Positions 30,334 to 41,129 of a DNA stretch of 64,000 bases are shown here, one piece after another (within the stretch, counting starts at the first letter, position 1; the number at the start of each line of letters is the position of its first letter). The DNA is from an uncultured Phycisphaerales bacterium (lineage in GTDB: Bacteria > Planctomycetota > Phycisphaerae > Tepidisphaerales > Tepidisphaeraceae). The stretch covers positions 736,001 to 800,000 of the forward strand of contig CAVWVQ010000003.1 of assembly GCA_963758525.1 (NCBI GenBank), in the 5' to 3' direction. The position numbers were made by a program, and so were the translations under genes. The notes under the pieces are model-generated. The model saw nothing but the letters and a program-made list of their open reading frames with translations, made no database searches and had not been told where the DNA came from.

Positions 30334-32516
30334 ATGAACCGGTTTGGGCGTAAGAACGGGGCCACGGGGCGTCTTGTGCGAGTCCATCTTCTGAAACTGA
30401 TTGTCTTTCGATGCGGCGCCGCGGTGCTCGCGGGAGGGAGCGTCTTGCGCAGAGCCCGCCCGGCACTCAACCCGCATCCGCTCCCCAGACGAGTATCGTC
30501 CCTGCATCGGATCTGACTCTTTCGCCAGAACCGTCCAAATTCAAGAACCTGAGCCTCGAGCAATTGATGCAGGTTGAGGTTTCCACCGTTTCGCGGGTAG
30601 ACGAGCGAATCGACGAGGCGCCCGGAAGCGTCTACGTTTATTCGAGCGATGTGATTCAAAACCGGGGTTACCGCAGCCTCGGGCAGTTGCTGCAGACCGT
30701 TCCGGGCTTCACGGTTTTCCATCGGGATCTCGACTTTGTCGTCGGCGTTCGCGGGTTGCTGGCGAACGATAACGACAAGGTTTCGCTCCTGATCAACGGC
30801 CAAAACGTCAACGGCCCGCACGAGCAGGATTTTCTCAACGGCCCGATCAATCTCGACAATGTCGAGCGTGTCGAAGTCGTGGTCGGCCCCTCCTCGCTGT
30901 TCCAACAGGGAAACACTCTGGCGGCCACGATCAACGTCATCACCAAGGATCCGGAAGGGATCGAACTGGTGAGCGGAGTGGGCAACGACCTGCGTTATTC
31001 GGAAACGCTGATGGGCGGCCATCGCTGGGCGCCGGACCGGCTGCTGAGCTTTTCGCTGAGCACCGAGGCCGAAAAAGGTTTCAATGCCTGGTCGCGTGGC
31101 GCCGGCCTGGGTGTTCCGGGAGAGACGCTGACGGGCGAAATCGATCAGCCGGACTATTTCGGCATCGTTCATGGGCAATATGGCGAACTATCCGGGCAAT
31201 TCATCGCCTATCGATCGAGCTGGCCGGAGCTGCACATCGACAGCGACGCGCGAAATGACGGAGAGATGTCGGAGCAAAAGTATTCGCTGTTCCTGAAAGC
31301 CGAGCATCCGTTCAGCGACAGCCTGACGGGAATCGCCCGAACCGAAGCCACGTTGAAAGAACAGACCCGGCTCAACGCGGATGGCATTCCGCCATTCAAC
31401 GCGGAGCAGCAGTCCCTCAATCAGTGGGACTACGCGAGCGAACTGGGACTTCGTTACACAGGCATCGAGCATCACATCATCCAATCCGGAGCTCAGTTCG
31501 AATATGACGACAATTTCAAGAATTATTTCACTTATCTCGGCCCAAATCAGCAGGGCCACATTCCAAGAACCTCTCTTTTCAACAAGGATGACTACGACAT
31601 CGGATTCTATCTCGATGACGAAATGCGGCTGACGGATCAATGGAAAGTGATCGGCGGAGCCCGGGTGGATCACAGCACGCGGCTGGAGGGCAACCGATGG
31701 TTCCCCGGCGCCCGGGCCGCGATCATTTACGAGCCGACGAAGATGTGGGTTTCCAAGGTCGTCTACAACCGATCGATTCGAATGCCGTCGGCGCTCGAGG
31801 CGTTAAATGACGTCTGGGGCTTCGAACATCGAGACCAGCCCACCGATCCGCCGTTCGCGCGGCTGTCGAATCCCGCAACAGAACCTGAGATTCTGTCCAC
31901 CATCGAGTGGGACAATATCGCTTACCTTGGCGACGCGCGGGTGGGAGTGAATATTTATCATCAGGACATGAGCGATTTCATCAGCTTCTTTCAGCCGCAT
32001 GCAAATGGCGGCAATCTCCACGGCGACGGTGTGGAACTCAATTTTGAAGCCCCGCTGAGAGATCGCGTCAAATTCTGGGCAAACGGCGCGTGGAACGATT
32101 CCAAGCTTCACCTGTTCAACAAAGCTTTGTTCGGCCCCAACCCCGAGGCCAGCGCCGGTGGAACTGAGTCGATTCACACATACGTCAATGAACACGATCA
32201 GATTATCGGATCGCCGAGCTATACCGCGAACGCGGGCGTGGAATACGAGATCACGAATCATCTGACTTTTTCGCCGTCACTCCGGTATTTCACGGATCAG
32301 GCTGCCGCCAACGACGGGGCATACCTTACCATCCGGAATCGGTTTTATGTCGACGCCACATTCATGTGGAGAGAGATCGCGGGCAGGCACCTGGACTTCG
32401 CGCTGTCCGGGTACAATCTTCTCGACAACCGGCAGTCGGTCGGTTCTCCGTTTAATGGAAATACATACAGACCCGGAGGTATCTCATTCGTCGCCTCGCT
32501 GACACTGAGGTTCTGA
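30334..32516 (+). CDS. TonB-dependent receptor 1 (probable frameshift near 30445 in the signal peptide region)
   Basis: LSLEQLMQVEVSTVSR, plug NVERVEVVVGPSS...ATINVITK, YNLLDN, terminal LTLRF; ATG 30334 after GGAG. Confidence 0.9.
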
Positions 32517-32628
32517 GCTGCAACCATCATCGGGAGGTCCGTCGGTTGAAATCCGCCGCAGCGTCTATGGGGCGATGACCCTCCGATGGTAGCATGGCGA
32601 TGGGGGATCAGCGGAAAGGAGACTCGCG

Positions 32629-34752
32629 ATGACGTCCCCTGGCGCCAAGGATTCTGCGGGAGCGCTCTGGAGCCAACATTGGCGCAGCAAGTCCGCAGGG
32701 GCGCGCGTCCGCCTGATTGGCGGGCTGCTGGCGCTGGCGGGCGGAGTGCAGAGCGGATCGGCCGCAGATCCCGCGACGCAGCCTGCATCTCCACAGATAT
32801 CAGCCACCACATCAGAGGCTCCTGCCACCGGCACCTCGCCGGGAGTATTGAAGAAACTCAGCCTCGAGGAGTTGATGAACGTCGAGGTCACCACCGTCAC
32901 GCGAACCGAAAGCACCGTCGGGTTGTCCCCAGCCGCCGTCTTCGTCATTACGCCAGAGATGATTGATCGCTCCGGTGCGCTGAGCCTCCCCGAGCTGTTC
33001 AGGATGGTGCCGGGGATGGACGTGGCGCGGGTTAATGGCAACACCTGGGCGGTCAGCTCGCGCGGGTACAGCTCGGCATTCGGGGCGGTTTTTCAGAACA
33101 ATCTGCTCGTCCAGGTGGACGGGCGAAGCGTCTACAATCCCATCTTCGGCGGGGTATTCTGGGACACCGTCGATTATCCGCTGCAGGACATCGAGCGCAT
33201 CGAAGTCGTCCGCGGGCCGGGCGGCACGGTCTGGGGGGACAACGCGGTCAACGGCGTCATCAACATCATCACCAAGCCCGCCGATGAAACCCAGGGCGGC
33301 CTCGTCAGCGGCGGCGCCGGAACGCTCGATCGCGGGTTCGGGTCGATCCGCTATGGGGGCAAAATCGGAGACAACACCTGCTACCGGGTTTATGGAAAAG
33401 GCCTGACCCGAGGAGATGATTTCGACTTCAAGGCCGAGCCCAACGACTCGTGGACTGTCGGAGACGGAGGCTTCCGCATCGACTCGCATCCGAGCGACGC
33501 CAATCAGTTCACCTTGCAGGGTGACTATGTTCATAGCGACGCCTCGAGCTTCGCTCAGGCTGGAACCAGGCCGTTCGACTTCACCAGCCAATTCACCGAG
33601 CGGTCCAACGGCACTGATGTGCTGGGCCGATGGACGCATCAGGTGGGCAAGGATTCCAGTTGGAGCCTGCAAACTTACTGGAATTACGTGGAACGCGACT
33701 CTTTTGACAACATTCTGAATCTCCGATGGAGCACGTACGATCTTGACTTTCAGCACAACTTCCTGATCGGCGACAATCAGAAGTTCAATTACGGGCTCGA
33801 ATACCGCTACAACGACTCGTTTCTGGGCCCCAGCTCGTCGAGCACGTTAACCGGGGTCACCAGAGCAAGGCAGAGCGTCTACAGCGGATTCCTCCAGGAC
33901 CAGATCGCGCTGGCGCCAGATCGGCTTTTCCTCACCCTCGGATCCAAGCTTGAATACAACACGTTTTCCCGGTTCGAATATCAGCCCAGCGGCCGGCTGC
34001 TGTGGAGCGTCGATCCTCGCCAATCCGTCTGGGCGGCCATTTCCCGCGCCGTGCATACTCCCGATGTATTCGAACGTGATGTGAGGTTCGTGGAGGCGGC
34101 CGTCCCGCCCGCGCCCGCCACGACTGTGATCGCTCCAAATATGGGCATCGATTCCGAGGCGGTGATTGCATACGAACTGGGCTATCGCGTTCAGGCGACC
34201 GAAACCGTTTCGCTGGACACCGCGGCCTTCTACAACGATTACACAAAAATCAGCCTTCTCGTGCCAGCCGGCGCTGCCCCCGTCCCCTTTATTTTCAAGA
34301 ACGCGATGCGGGGAAAGAGTTATGGTGTCGAGGTCGGGGCCACTTGGAAGCCCGCCGACTGGTGGCAGGTCCGTTCGGCATATACGTTCCAAACCGTTGA
34401 ACTGCACCCCGACCCCAGCCTTTCCCAAATGTTGCAATCCACCTACGGACAGGCTTCCAGGGAAACTCCGCAAAACCAGCTCTATCTTCAGTCCACCTGG
34501 AACCTCCCCCATCACGTCGACTTTGACTTGATGGCTCGATATGTCGAAACCACCGGCGGATTCGTCGGGCCCCAGCCCAATGTGCCCAGCTACATCTCGA
34601 TGGACGCTCGATTGGCCTGGAAACCACGTGACGATCTCGAACTGGCAGTCGTCGGGCAGAATCTGCTCGACAACCATCATCCCGAGTTTGGCGGAAGTCC
34701 GTCGGTGGAAATCCGACGCAGCGTCTATGGGACAGTTACCTACCGCTGGTAG
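32629..34752 (+). CDS. TonB-dependent receptor 2
   Basis: LSLEELMNVEVTTVTR, IERIEVVRGPGGTVWGDNAVNGVINIITK, GQNLLDNHHPEF, terminal YRW. Confidence 0.93.
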   Translation: MTSPGAKDSAGALWSQHWRSKSAGARVRLIGGLLALAGGVQSGSAADPATQPASPQISATTSEAPATGTSPGVLKKLSLEELMNVEVTTVTRTESTVGLSPAAVFVITPEMIDRSGALSLPELFRMVPGMDVARVNGNTWAVSSRGYSSAFGAVFQNNLLVQVDGRSVYNPIFGGVFWDTVDYPLQDIERIEVVRGPGGTVWGDNAVNGVINIITKPADETQGGLVSGGAGTLDRGFGSIRYGGKIGDNTCYRVYGKGLTRGDDFDFKAEPNDSWTVGDGGFRIDSHPSDANQFTLQGDYVHSDASSFAQAGTRPFDFTSQFTERSNGTDVLGRWTHQVGKDSSWSLQTYWNYVERDSFDNILNLRWSTYDLDFQHNFLIGDNQKFNYGLEYRYNDSFLGPSSSSTLTGVTRARQSVYSGFLQDQIALAPDRLFLTLGSKLEYNTFSRFEYQPSGRLLWSVDPRQSVWAAISRAVHTPDVFERDVRFVEAAVPPAPATTVIAPNMGIDSEAVIAYELGYRVQATETVSLDTAAFYNDYTKISLLVPAGAAPVPFIFKNAMRGKSYGVEVGATWKPADWWQVRSAYTFQTVELHPDPSLSQMLQSTYGQASRETPQNQLYLQSTWNLPHHVDFDLMARYVETTGGFVGPQPNVPSYISMDARLAWKPRDDLELAVVGQNLLDNHHPEFGGSPSVEIRRSVYGTVTYRW

Positions 34753-34765
34753 GCTGGAGAACCCG

Positions 34766-35350
34766 ATGGAACCACGTTTTGCTCGTGCACATCCTTCCTC
34801 GCAGCGATGCACCGCCGTCCGGCGGCTTCTGGGAGCCGTCGTGGCGGGCTGGATCGTCATGGGGCTGGCGCAAACTTCCGCGATGGCCGCCAGCAAGGAG
34901 TACGAGGTCAAGGCCGCGTTCCTCTTCCACTTCACTCAGTTTGTCGAGTGGCCCGACTCCGCGTTCGCCGATCCCAATGCCCCCTTCTGCATCGGCGTGC
35001 TCGGGGATGATTCGTTTGGGGGCGCGCTCGACGAAATCGTCAAGGACGAAAGCGTCGGCCGGCATAAGATCGTGATCAAGCGCTCCCGCCAGACGGCGGA
35101 CTTGAAAGGGTGCCAGATTCTCTTTATCAGCAACTCGGAGAAGGATCACGTCGCACAGATCCTCTCAAGCCTCGATGATTCGGGAATTCTCACGGTGGGC
35201 GAAACCGACGGTTTTGCCGGGCAAGGGGGAATCATCAACTTCTATCTCGAAGAGAACAAAGTGCGCTTCGAAATCAACCCCGGCACGGCAAAGCACCATG
35301 GGCTGAAGATCAGTTCTCAGTTGCTTGGCCTGGGCAGAATTGTCCGGTAA
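34766..35350 (+). CDS. YfiR/HmsC family (DUF4154) periplasmic protein
   Basis: [49 protein letters not shown]...[10 protein letters not shown]. Confidence 0.93.
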   Translation: MEPRFARAHPSSQRCTAVRRLLGAVVAGWIVMGLAQTSAMAASKEYEVKAAFLFHFTQFVEWPDSAFADPNAPFCIGVLGDDSFGGALDEIVKDESVGRHKIVIKRSRQTADLKGCQILFISNSEKDHVAQILSSLDDSGILTVGETDGFAGQGGIINFYLEENKVRFEINPGTAKHHGLKISSQLLGLGRIVR

Positions 35351-35364
35351 GACGTTGGAGACAG

Positions 35365-37014
35365 ATGAACCGGCTGAGAGATCTTTCGATCCGATGGAAG
35401 CTGACGCTTCTGGTTTTGGGTTCGACCCTGAGCGTGCTGCTGCTGGCGTGCATTGCGCTGGTGGTGCGCGAGGTTGCTGCATTCCGCCATGGCATGGTGC
35501 AGGAGCTGACGGTGCTTGCCGACGTCGTCGGCGACAACAGCCGCGCGGCGATCTCCTTCGACAGCCGCGAAGACGCCGAGCGCACGTTGTCGAGCCTTGA
35601 AGTGGAGCCGCACATCATGGGCGCGTGCCTGTTCGGGAAACAGGGAACGCGCTTCGCCGAATACACCCGCGCGGGGGTCGCCCTGGCGTTCCCGGCAGCG
35701 CCGCCCGCAGACGGATCTTATTTTGAACGCGATGATCTGGTGCTGGTTCATCCCGTCATGCTGCATGAGGAGCGCGTCGCGACGATCTACATCGTTTCGG
35801 ATCTCCAGCAGATCAGCGATCAGCTCAAGTCGTATGCCGTGATTATCTGCCTGGTCGTGCTGGCGGCGTTTCTGGTCACGTTCGCGCTCTCGTTTCGTCT
35901 GCACCGCTTCATCTCCGAGCCGATTCTCCGCCTTGCCGAGACGGCGCGCATCGTCGCGGAGAAGAAGGATTATTCCGTCCGCGTCGCCGCCAAAGGCGGC
36001 AAAGACGAGATCGGCCTGCTGACTGGCGCGGTGAATCACATGCTCTCGGAAATTGAGGCCGGCCATACCGCGATGCAGCAGGCCAACCAGTCGCTCGAGG
36101 CCCAGGCGGTGCAGATCAGCGACGCCAAACGATCGCTGGAGGGGCAGGCCGCCCGCATCATGGAGACGGTGAGCGTGCTGGGTTCTTCGTCCAAGGAGAT
36201 CCTCAGTTCAAGCTCGCGGCTTGCCGCCAGCGCCGTCGAGACAGCCACCGCCGTCAACCAGACGACGACCACGGTTGAGGAGGTTCGCCAGACGTCGCTT
36301 CATTCCAGCCAGAAAACACGCCAGGTGTCAGAGAGCGCCCAGCGCGCCGCGGAAGTGTCCGAGCGCGGCAAGCAATCGACGGAACAGACGGCCGAGGGAA
36401 TGCATCGCATTCGCGAGCAGATGCAATCCATCTCCGCCAGCATGCTGCGCTTGAGCGAGCAGACGCAGACGATCGGCGGCATCATCAACACCGTGGAGGA
36501 TTTGGCGCAGCAATCGAACCTGCTGTCGGTCAATGCCGCCATCGAAGCCGCCAAGGCCGGGGAGCATGGAAAGGGATTTGGCGTGGTGGCGCAGGAAGTC
36601 AAATACCTGGCCGACCAGAGCCGCCAGGCAACGACGCAGGTGCGCACCGTCCTCAATGACATCCAGCGGGCGACCAACGCAGTCCTGCTCGCGATCGAGC
36701 AGGGATCCAAAGCGGTTGAAGCCGGGGTGGAGCAATCCGCTGAGGCCGGCAGATCGATCATCCTGTTGTCCCACAACGTCAGCGACGCCGCTCTCGCGTC
36801 CGCGCAAATCGCGGCTTCCAGCCAGCAGCAGGTTGTGGGAATGGATCAGGTGGCCCACGCGATGGAGAGCATCAAGCAAGCCAGCACGCAAAATGTCGAA
36901 AGCGCCAAGCAACTGGAAACCGCGGCGCAAGGCCTCAGCCAGTTGGGGAAGCAACTGGAAGAGCTGGTGGGGCGATATAAGGTGATCTCGAACCGGGGGG
37001 AGAAGGGGGTTTAG
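35365..37014 (+). CDS. Methyl-accepting chemotaxis protein with YfiN-type CHASE8 sensor and HAMP domain
   Basis: TM1, [18 protein letters not shown]...G.RFAEY (CHASE8-like), TM2, HAMP ([10 protein letters not shown]...DEIGLL), MA tip [33 protein letters not shown]. Confidence 0.9.
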   Translation: MNRLRDLSIRWKLTLLVLGSTLSVLLLACIALVVREVAAFRHGMVQELTVLADVVGDNSRAAISFDSREDAERTLSSLEVEPHIMGACLFGKQGTRFAEYTRAGVALAFPAAPPADGSYFERDDLVLVHPVMLHEERVATIYIVSDLQQISDQLKSYAVIICLVVLAAFLVTFALSFRLHRFISEPILRLAETARIVAEKKDYSVRVAAKGGKDEIGLLTGAVNHMLSEIEAGHTAMQQANQSLEAQAVQISDAKRSLEGQAARIMETVSVLGSSSKEILSSSSRLAASAVETATAVNQTTTTVEEVRQTSLHSSQKTRQVSESAQRAAEVSERGKQSTEQTAEGMHRIREQMQSISASMLRLSEQTQTIGGIINTVEDLAQQSNLLSVNAAIEAAKAGEHGKGFGVVAQEVKYLADQSRQATTQVRTVLNDIQRATNAVLLAIEQGSKAVEAGVEQSAEAGRSIILLSHNVSDAALASAQIAASSQQQVVGMDQVAHAMESIKQASTQNVESAKQLETAAQGLSQLGKQLEELVGRYKVISNRGEKGV

Positions 37015-37079
37015 CGTGAGCGCCCTATCTCCTCTCGACGTGCCGCTCGCTGCGGGGAATCAGTGGTTCAAGTCGTTCA

Positions 37080-37695
37080 TCAAGGAGTGGAAGCTTTCGA
37101 CAGCGCGATGGGATACCGCGCTACGAACTCCCAATTCTGCGGGGAGCAGATTCTCTTTCTGGGGATTCTCGTTTACATATTTAATGCGGGAGCGCACCTC
37201 GTCGGGAGTGTATAAGAACTTCGAGTATGGGCGTTCGCCCCACACTCGGTGCCGATCCGAAAGATCCGCGACGGCGCGAAGCGATTCGCGAGCTCCCTCG
37301 GCGAAGGTGCGCCAGATGACTTCATGGGAATGTTTGTGTCGCTGGACCACGAGATGCGCGTGATTTCGGAGGATGGCGCACGCCCAAACGTTGTAGCCGA
37401 ATTGCTGGGCGGTTCGCGCGAAGCTTTCAGCGATGAGTTGACGCATGCGTGCATCGAACCAGAGGGTTTCGTGTTCCAACAAGGGCTGAGCTTCCGCGTG
37501 AAATTGCTTCAGCTCGGAGCGACTGGGTTGCCGCTGCTTTCTGCCAGGATGGATTTCGCCCAATGCCGCGAGGAGTTCTTTGCGAATTTCGTCGGAGCCG
37601 CTGCCGCGAATGTCGTTGGGGGGCCAATGTCCGTAGCCCATGAGTACTAAGTGATGAGCGATGACGATCCGATGGCGGGGTTGCCGGTGATTCAT
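37080..37695 (-). mobile_element. REP-associated tyrosine transposase-like HUH endonuclease (probable frameshift near 37142)
   Basis: HLVLMGYGHWPPNDIRGSGS, HUH motif NHAHLVV, catalytic Tyr IKYVNENP; an alternative frame gives PQNWEFVARYP...stop at 37080 (ORF track ends 37060). Confidence 0.8.
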
Positions 37696-37713
37696 GCTGA
37701 TTTGGCGAAACAT

Positions 37714-37944
37714 GGTCCGCGACGACGCGAAGCGACTGCCAGGCTCCGTCGGCAATCGAGCGGCAGATCACGCATTACAGTCTCGCTGCAGTGCTACGGT
37801 AGCGAACGACTGATTGAGAATCCAACGCTCTTCGGGGCCCACATTACTCGACCCTACTAATAACGCAGGTACCTGTTCACATCGGACTTCGTACATCGTG
37901 TTCCGCTGCGCGTCGCCGGCGCTCGCTTCGCGTCGTCGCGGACC
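37714..37944. repeat. Perfect 22-bp inverted repeat element upstream of the RAYT gene
   Basis: ggtccgcgacgacgcgaagcga (37714-37735) and tcgcttcgcgtcgtcgcggacc (37923-37944); one-mismatch copy at 26951-26971. Confidence 0.8.
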
Positions 37945-38005
37945 GTAGCACCCCAAGAGCCCAAGGAATTCATAACCCGACCCGAAATTGCGGTCCCGCT
38001 TCGAA

Positions 38006-39856
38006 TCACCCCCCCGCGCCTTCCTTCTCCGGCAACTCCCGCAATGGAAGATGCACCGTAAATCGTGAACCTTTCCCAGGCGTCGAGTCCACCTCGATCC
38101 TTCCCCCGTGGTCGGTGACAATTCCGTAGCTGATGCTCAACCCGAGCCCCGTCCCCTGCCCCAGAGGCTTGGTGGTAAAGAAGGGATCGAAAATCCGGCC
38201 GATCACGGCGGGCGGAATGCCGCAGCCGCAATCGGTGACGTCGATCGACAGTTCCGATGCATTAGCGCGGGTTCCGACGACGATCGTGGTGCCCGGTTCA
38301 GATGCATCGATCGCATTACCCAGCAAATTCATAATCACCTGATTGATCTTCGCGGGATAGCAGACCAGCGGGGGAACAGCGGGCAGGTTCATCTCGATCT
38401 TCACGCGCTTTTCCGTCGCGCGGTTGCGAATCAGGTTCACCGTTGACTCGATGCCGGCGTTGATATTCACGGCACTCAGGTCGCTCTCGTCGAGACGAGC
38501 GAAGTCGCGCAGGTCGGTCACGATATGCCGGATGCGATTCAAGCCGTCCTGCGAGCGGACGAGAATCTCCATCAGATTGTCCAGCGTGTAGTTCAGGTCG
38601 ATCCGGTCGCTCAGCTCGGCGATGGGTTCGAACAGATTGGATTGCTGCTGAATGATGCTGTCGGCGGCGCGGTACAGCATCAGGATCTGGCGGACGGAAC
38701 TGACGTCACGCCGCAGCACCGCGACGTTGTTGCTCACAAACGCCAGCGGGTTATTGATCTCGTGGGCGATGCCCGCAACCATCTGCCCCAGGCTCGCCAG
38801 TTTCTCGGTCTGCACCATCTGCGCTCGGGCGCGCTTCAGCGCCTGGTGCGCTTCACGCTCGGATCGGGCGGCGTCTTCAAGAAGATGGTTTTGCTGTTGC
38901 AGCTGCGCTTCGGTGCGCTTCCGCTCCGTGACATCGCGCACCACCGTGCACAACACCTGCCGGCGGCCATACGTGATGACGCCGGCACTGGCTTCGACGG
39001 TCACCAGCGATCCATCCTTGCGGCGGTACTGCCGCTCCCCGAAGGAATGCGAGCCGGCAGCGAGCACCTCCTCGAAGCGCGCATCCACGTTTTCGCGGTC
39101 GTGTCCGACAAAAACGTAGATGCTCATATTCTGCATCTCCTGGGCGCTGTAACCCAGAAGCCGCTGGAACGCTGCGTTGGACTCGACGACCTGCCGATTG
39201 TCCGCATCGACCAGATAAATCCCCTCGGCAGTTTGCTCCACCACGGCGCGGTATCGCTCCTCGCTCTGCTTGAGCTTCCGCGCCTGGTCGACCAGTTCCA
39301 TGTTCAGCAGCGTGAGCTCGCGCTTCGTCCGCGAAAGCTCGGTGTTCCGCTGCACCGCCGCGGCGTACGTCGAAAGCAGGAGATTGAGAATCTGCCGACG
39401 GTCCGCCGAAATGACGTGCGTTTCCCCGTTAAAGACAACCTCGACGGGGGAGGATTCCGCAATCCCCGTCGGAGCGGGATTGGCCAGGATCGACTCGACC
39501 CGTGCCAGCAATTGAGCCGGGTCGTAAGGCTTGGTCAGGTAATAGTCCGCCCCCACTTCCAGTCCGCGCAGCACGTCCGACGCTTCGGACAACGACGTAA
39601 GAAGGATCACCGGAATATCCCGCAGTTGCGGATCCTGCTTGATGGCGTGACACATCTCGTAGCCACCCATGATCGGCATTTCCACGTCGCTGATAATGAA
39701 CGTGGGCTTGCGTGTCCGGGCCGCGGCGAGCGCCTGTTCGCCATCCTCGGCAACCGTCACGCTGTAGCCGCACGCCTCCAGCAGATGAAGCAGGACATTG
39801 GCCTGCGTCGGACTGTCCTCGGCGATCAGGGCCTCGACAGGATTGGAAGCGCTCAC
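38006..39856 (-). CDS. Hybrid REC-PAS-histidine kinase
   Basis: REC (IAEDSPTQ, SDVEMP), [46 protein letters not shown]. Confidence 0.93.
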   Translation of the reverse strand: MSASNPVEALIAEDSPTQANVLLHLLEACGYSVTVAEDGEQALAAARTRKPTFIISDVEMPIMGGYEMCHAIKQDPQLRDIPVILLTSLSEASDVLRGLEVGADYYLTKPYDPAQLLARVESILANPAPTGIAESSPVEVVFNGETHVISADRRQILNLLLSTYAAAVQRNTELSRTKRELTLLNMELVDQARKLKQSEERYRAVVEQTAEGIYLVDADNRQVVESNAAFQRLLGYSAQEMQNMSIYVFVGHDRENVDARFEEVLAAGSHSFGERQYRRKDGSLVTVEASAGVITYGRRQVLCTVVRDVTERKRTEAQLQQQNHLLEDAARSEREAHQALKRARAQMVQTEKLASLGQMVAGIAHEINNPLAFVSNNVAVLRRDVSSVRQILMLYRAADSIIQQQSNLFEPIAELSDRIDLNYTLDNLMEILVRSQDGLNRIRHIVTDLRDFARLDESDLSAVNINAGIESTVNLIRNRATEKRVKIEMNLPAVPPLVCYPAKINQVIMNLLGNAIDASEPGTTIVVGTRANASELSIDVTDCGCGIPPAVIGRIFDPFFTTKPLGQGTGLGLSISYGIVTDHGGRIEVDSTPGKGSRFTVHLPLRELPEKEGAGG

Positions 39857-40956
39857 AAGCTCCCCCCCTTCAGATGAACTTTTTGATCCGCCGCTGCCTC
39901 AAGCAAGGCGGCAATGCGCTCGGGACTCAGAACAAACGCAGCCGCGTCCAGCTTGACGGCCTCGCCCGGCATCCCGAACACCAGACTGCTTTCCCGGTCC
40001 TGGGCGATCGTCATCGCGCCGCCATCCCGCATCATTTTCAACTGCTCGGCTCCGTCTCTTCCCATCCCCGTGAGTAGCACGCCCGCGGCAAAGGCGCCAT
40101 ACACGCGCGAGACCGATTCGAAGAGATGAGCCACCGACGGTCGCAACCCCGCATCCGGCGCCGCAAGACTCAGAACCAGCCTTCGATCGACGGCAACGCC
40201 CATGTGAAAACCATCGGGGGCGAGATAGGCGTGTCCGGGAAGCGCCTGCTCGCCGGCGCCGGCAATGCTCACGCGAAACCCGGTTGTAGCGGCGAGCCAA
40301 TCGACCAGGCCCTGCAGAAACCCGACGGCGATATGCTGCACGATCAGAATCGGAGCGGGAAACTCAGGCCGCAGCCCGCGCAGGATCGTCTGCAGCGCCA
40401 ACGGACCGCCAGTGGATGCGCCGATGGCAACCACTTCGGGGTGCGGGGTCTTTTGTGTCGGGGATGGAACGAACTGTCGCGCGGGAACGGCGGTCGGACG
40501 CGTCGGCGCGACCGCTGCCCGCGGGCGGGACCACCGCCGCACCATCTTCACCTCCGACATCGCTTTGACGGTCTGCACCAGATATCTCGCATCGCGCTCG
40601 TGGTCCCGATGGCCCGGCCCGTGAGGCTTCCCGACGATGGCAACCGCACCGGCTTCAATGGCTTTGAACGTCGTCGCCACCTCTTCCGGCCGCCAGTTGG
40701 CCGTGACGATCACGATCGGCACGGGCTGGTTTTCGATGATGCGGCGGGTCAACTCAAAACCATTCATTCCAGGCATATTGATGTCGACGGTCACCAGATC
40801 GGGAACGCCATGGCTCAAAGCCTCCAGCGCATCGGCGCCGTTCGCGGCGGTCCCCACAACGCTGATGTCGGGATCGGCGCTGAGGATGCCCTGCAGCAGT
40901 TCCCGCATCACTGCTGAATCCTCGACGATGAATATCCTGATCCGGTGATTCTGCAT
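39853..40956 (-). CDS. cheB: Chemotaxis methylesterase (REC plus CheB; WspF-like)
   Basis: IGASTGGP, VQHI, RPSV, LTGMGRDGA, VFGMPGEA. Confidence 0.95.
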   Translation of the reverse strand: MQNHRIRIFIVEDSAVMRELLQGILSADPDISVVGTAANGADALEALSHGVPDLVTVDINMPGMNGFELTRRIIENQPVPIVIVTANWRPEEVATTFKAIEAGAVAIVGKPHGPGHRDHERDARYLVQTVKAMSEVKMVRRWSRPRAAVAPTRPTAVPARQFVPSPTQKTPHPEVVAIGASTGGPLALQTILRGLRPEFPAPILIVQHIAVGFLQGLVDWLAATTGFRVSIAGAGEQALPGHAYLAPDGFHMGVAVDRRLVLSLAAPDAGLRPSVAHLFESVSRVYGAFAAGVLLTGMGRDGAEQLKMMRDGGAMTIAQDRESSLVFGMPGEAVKLDAAAFVLSPERIAALLEAAADQKVHLKGGSL

Positions 40957-40959
40957 TCG

Positions 40960-41006
40960 CTCTCAAATGAATGTTCGCGAGTTCTCTCAAATGAATGTTC
41001 GCGAGT
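40960..41006. repeat. Tandem direct duplication with 24-bp period
   Basis: ctctcaaatgaatgttcgcgagt at 40960-40982 and 40984-41006, just upstream of cheB. Confidence 0.85.
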
Positions 41007-41129
41007 ACGCGATCATGCCGGTCGATCCGCTGCCCGGAGGGCAGCCGCTGAACGATTGCTAAACGCTGCCAAACGTTGACGGAACCGTGCGATGGCGCGG
41101 GGTCTTTCAGCCCCGCGCAGCCGCGTCGC

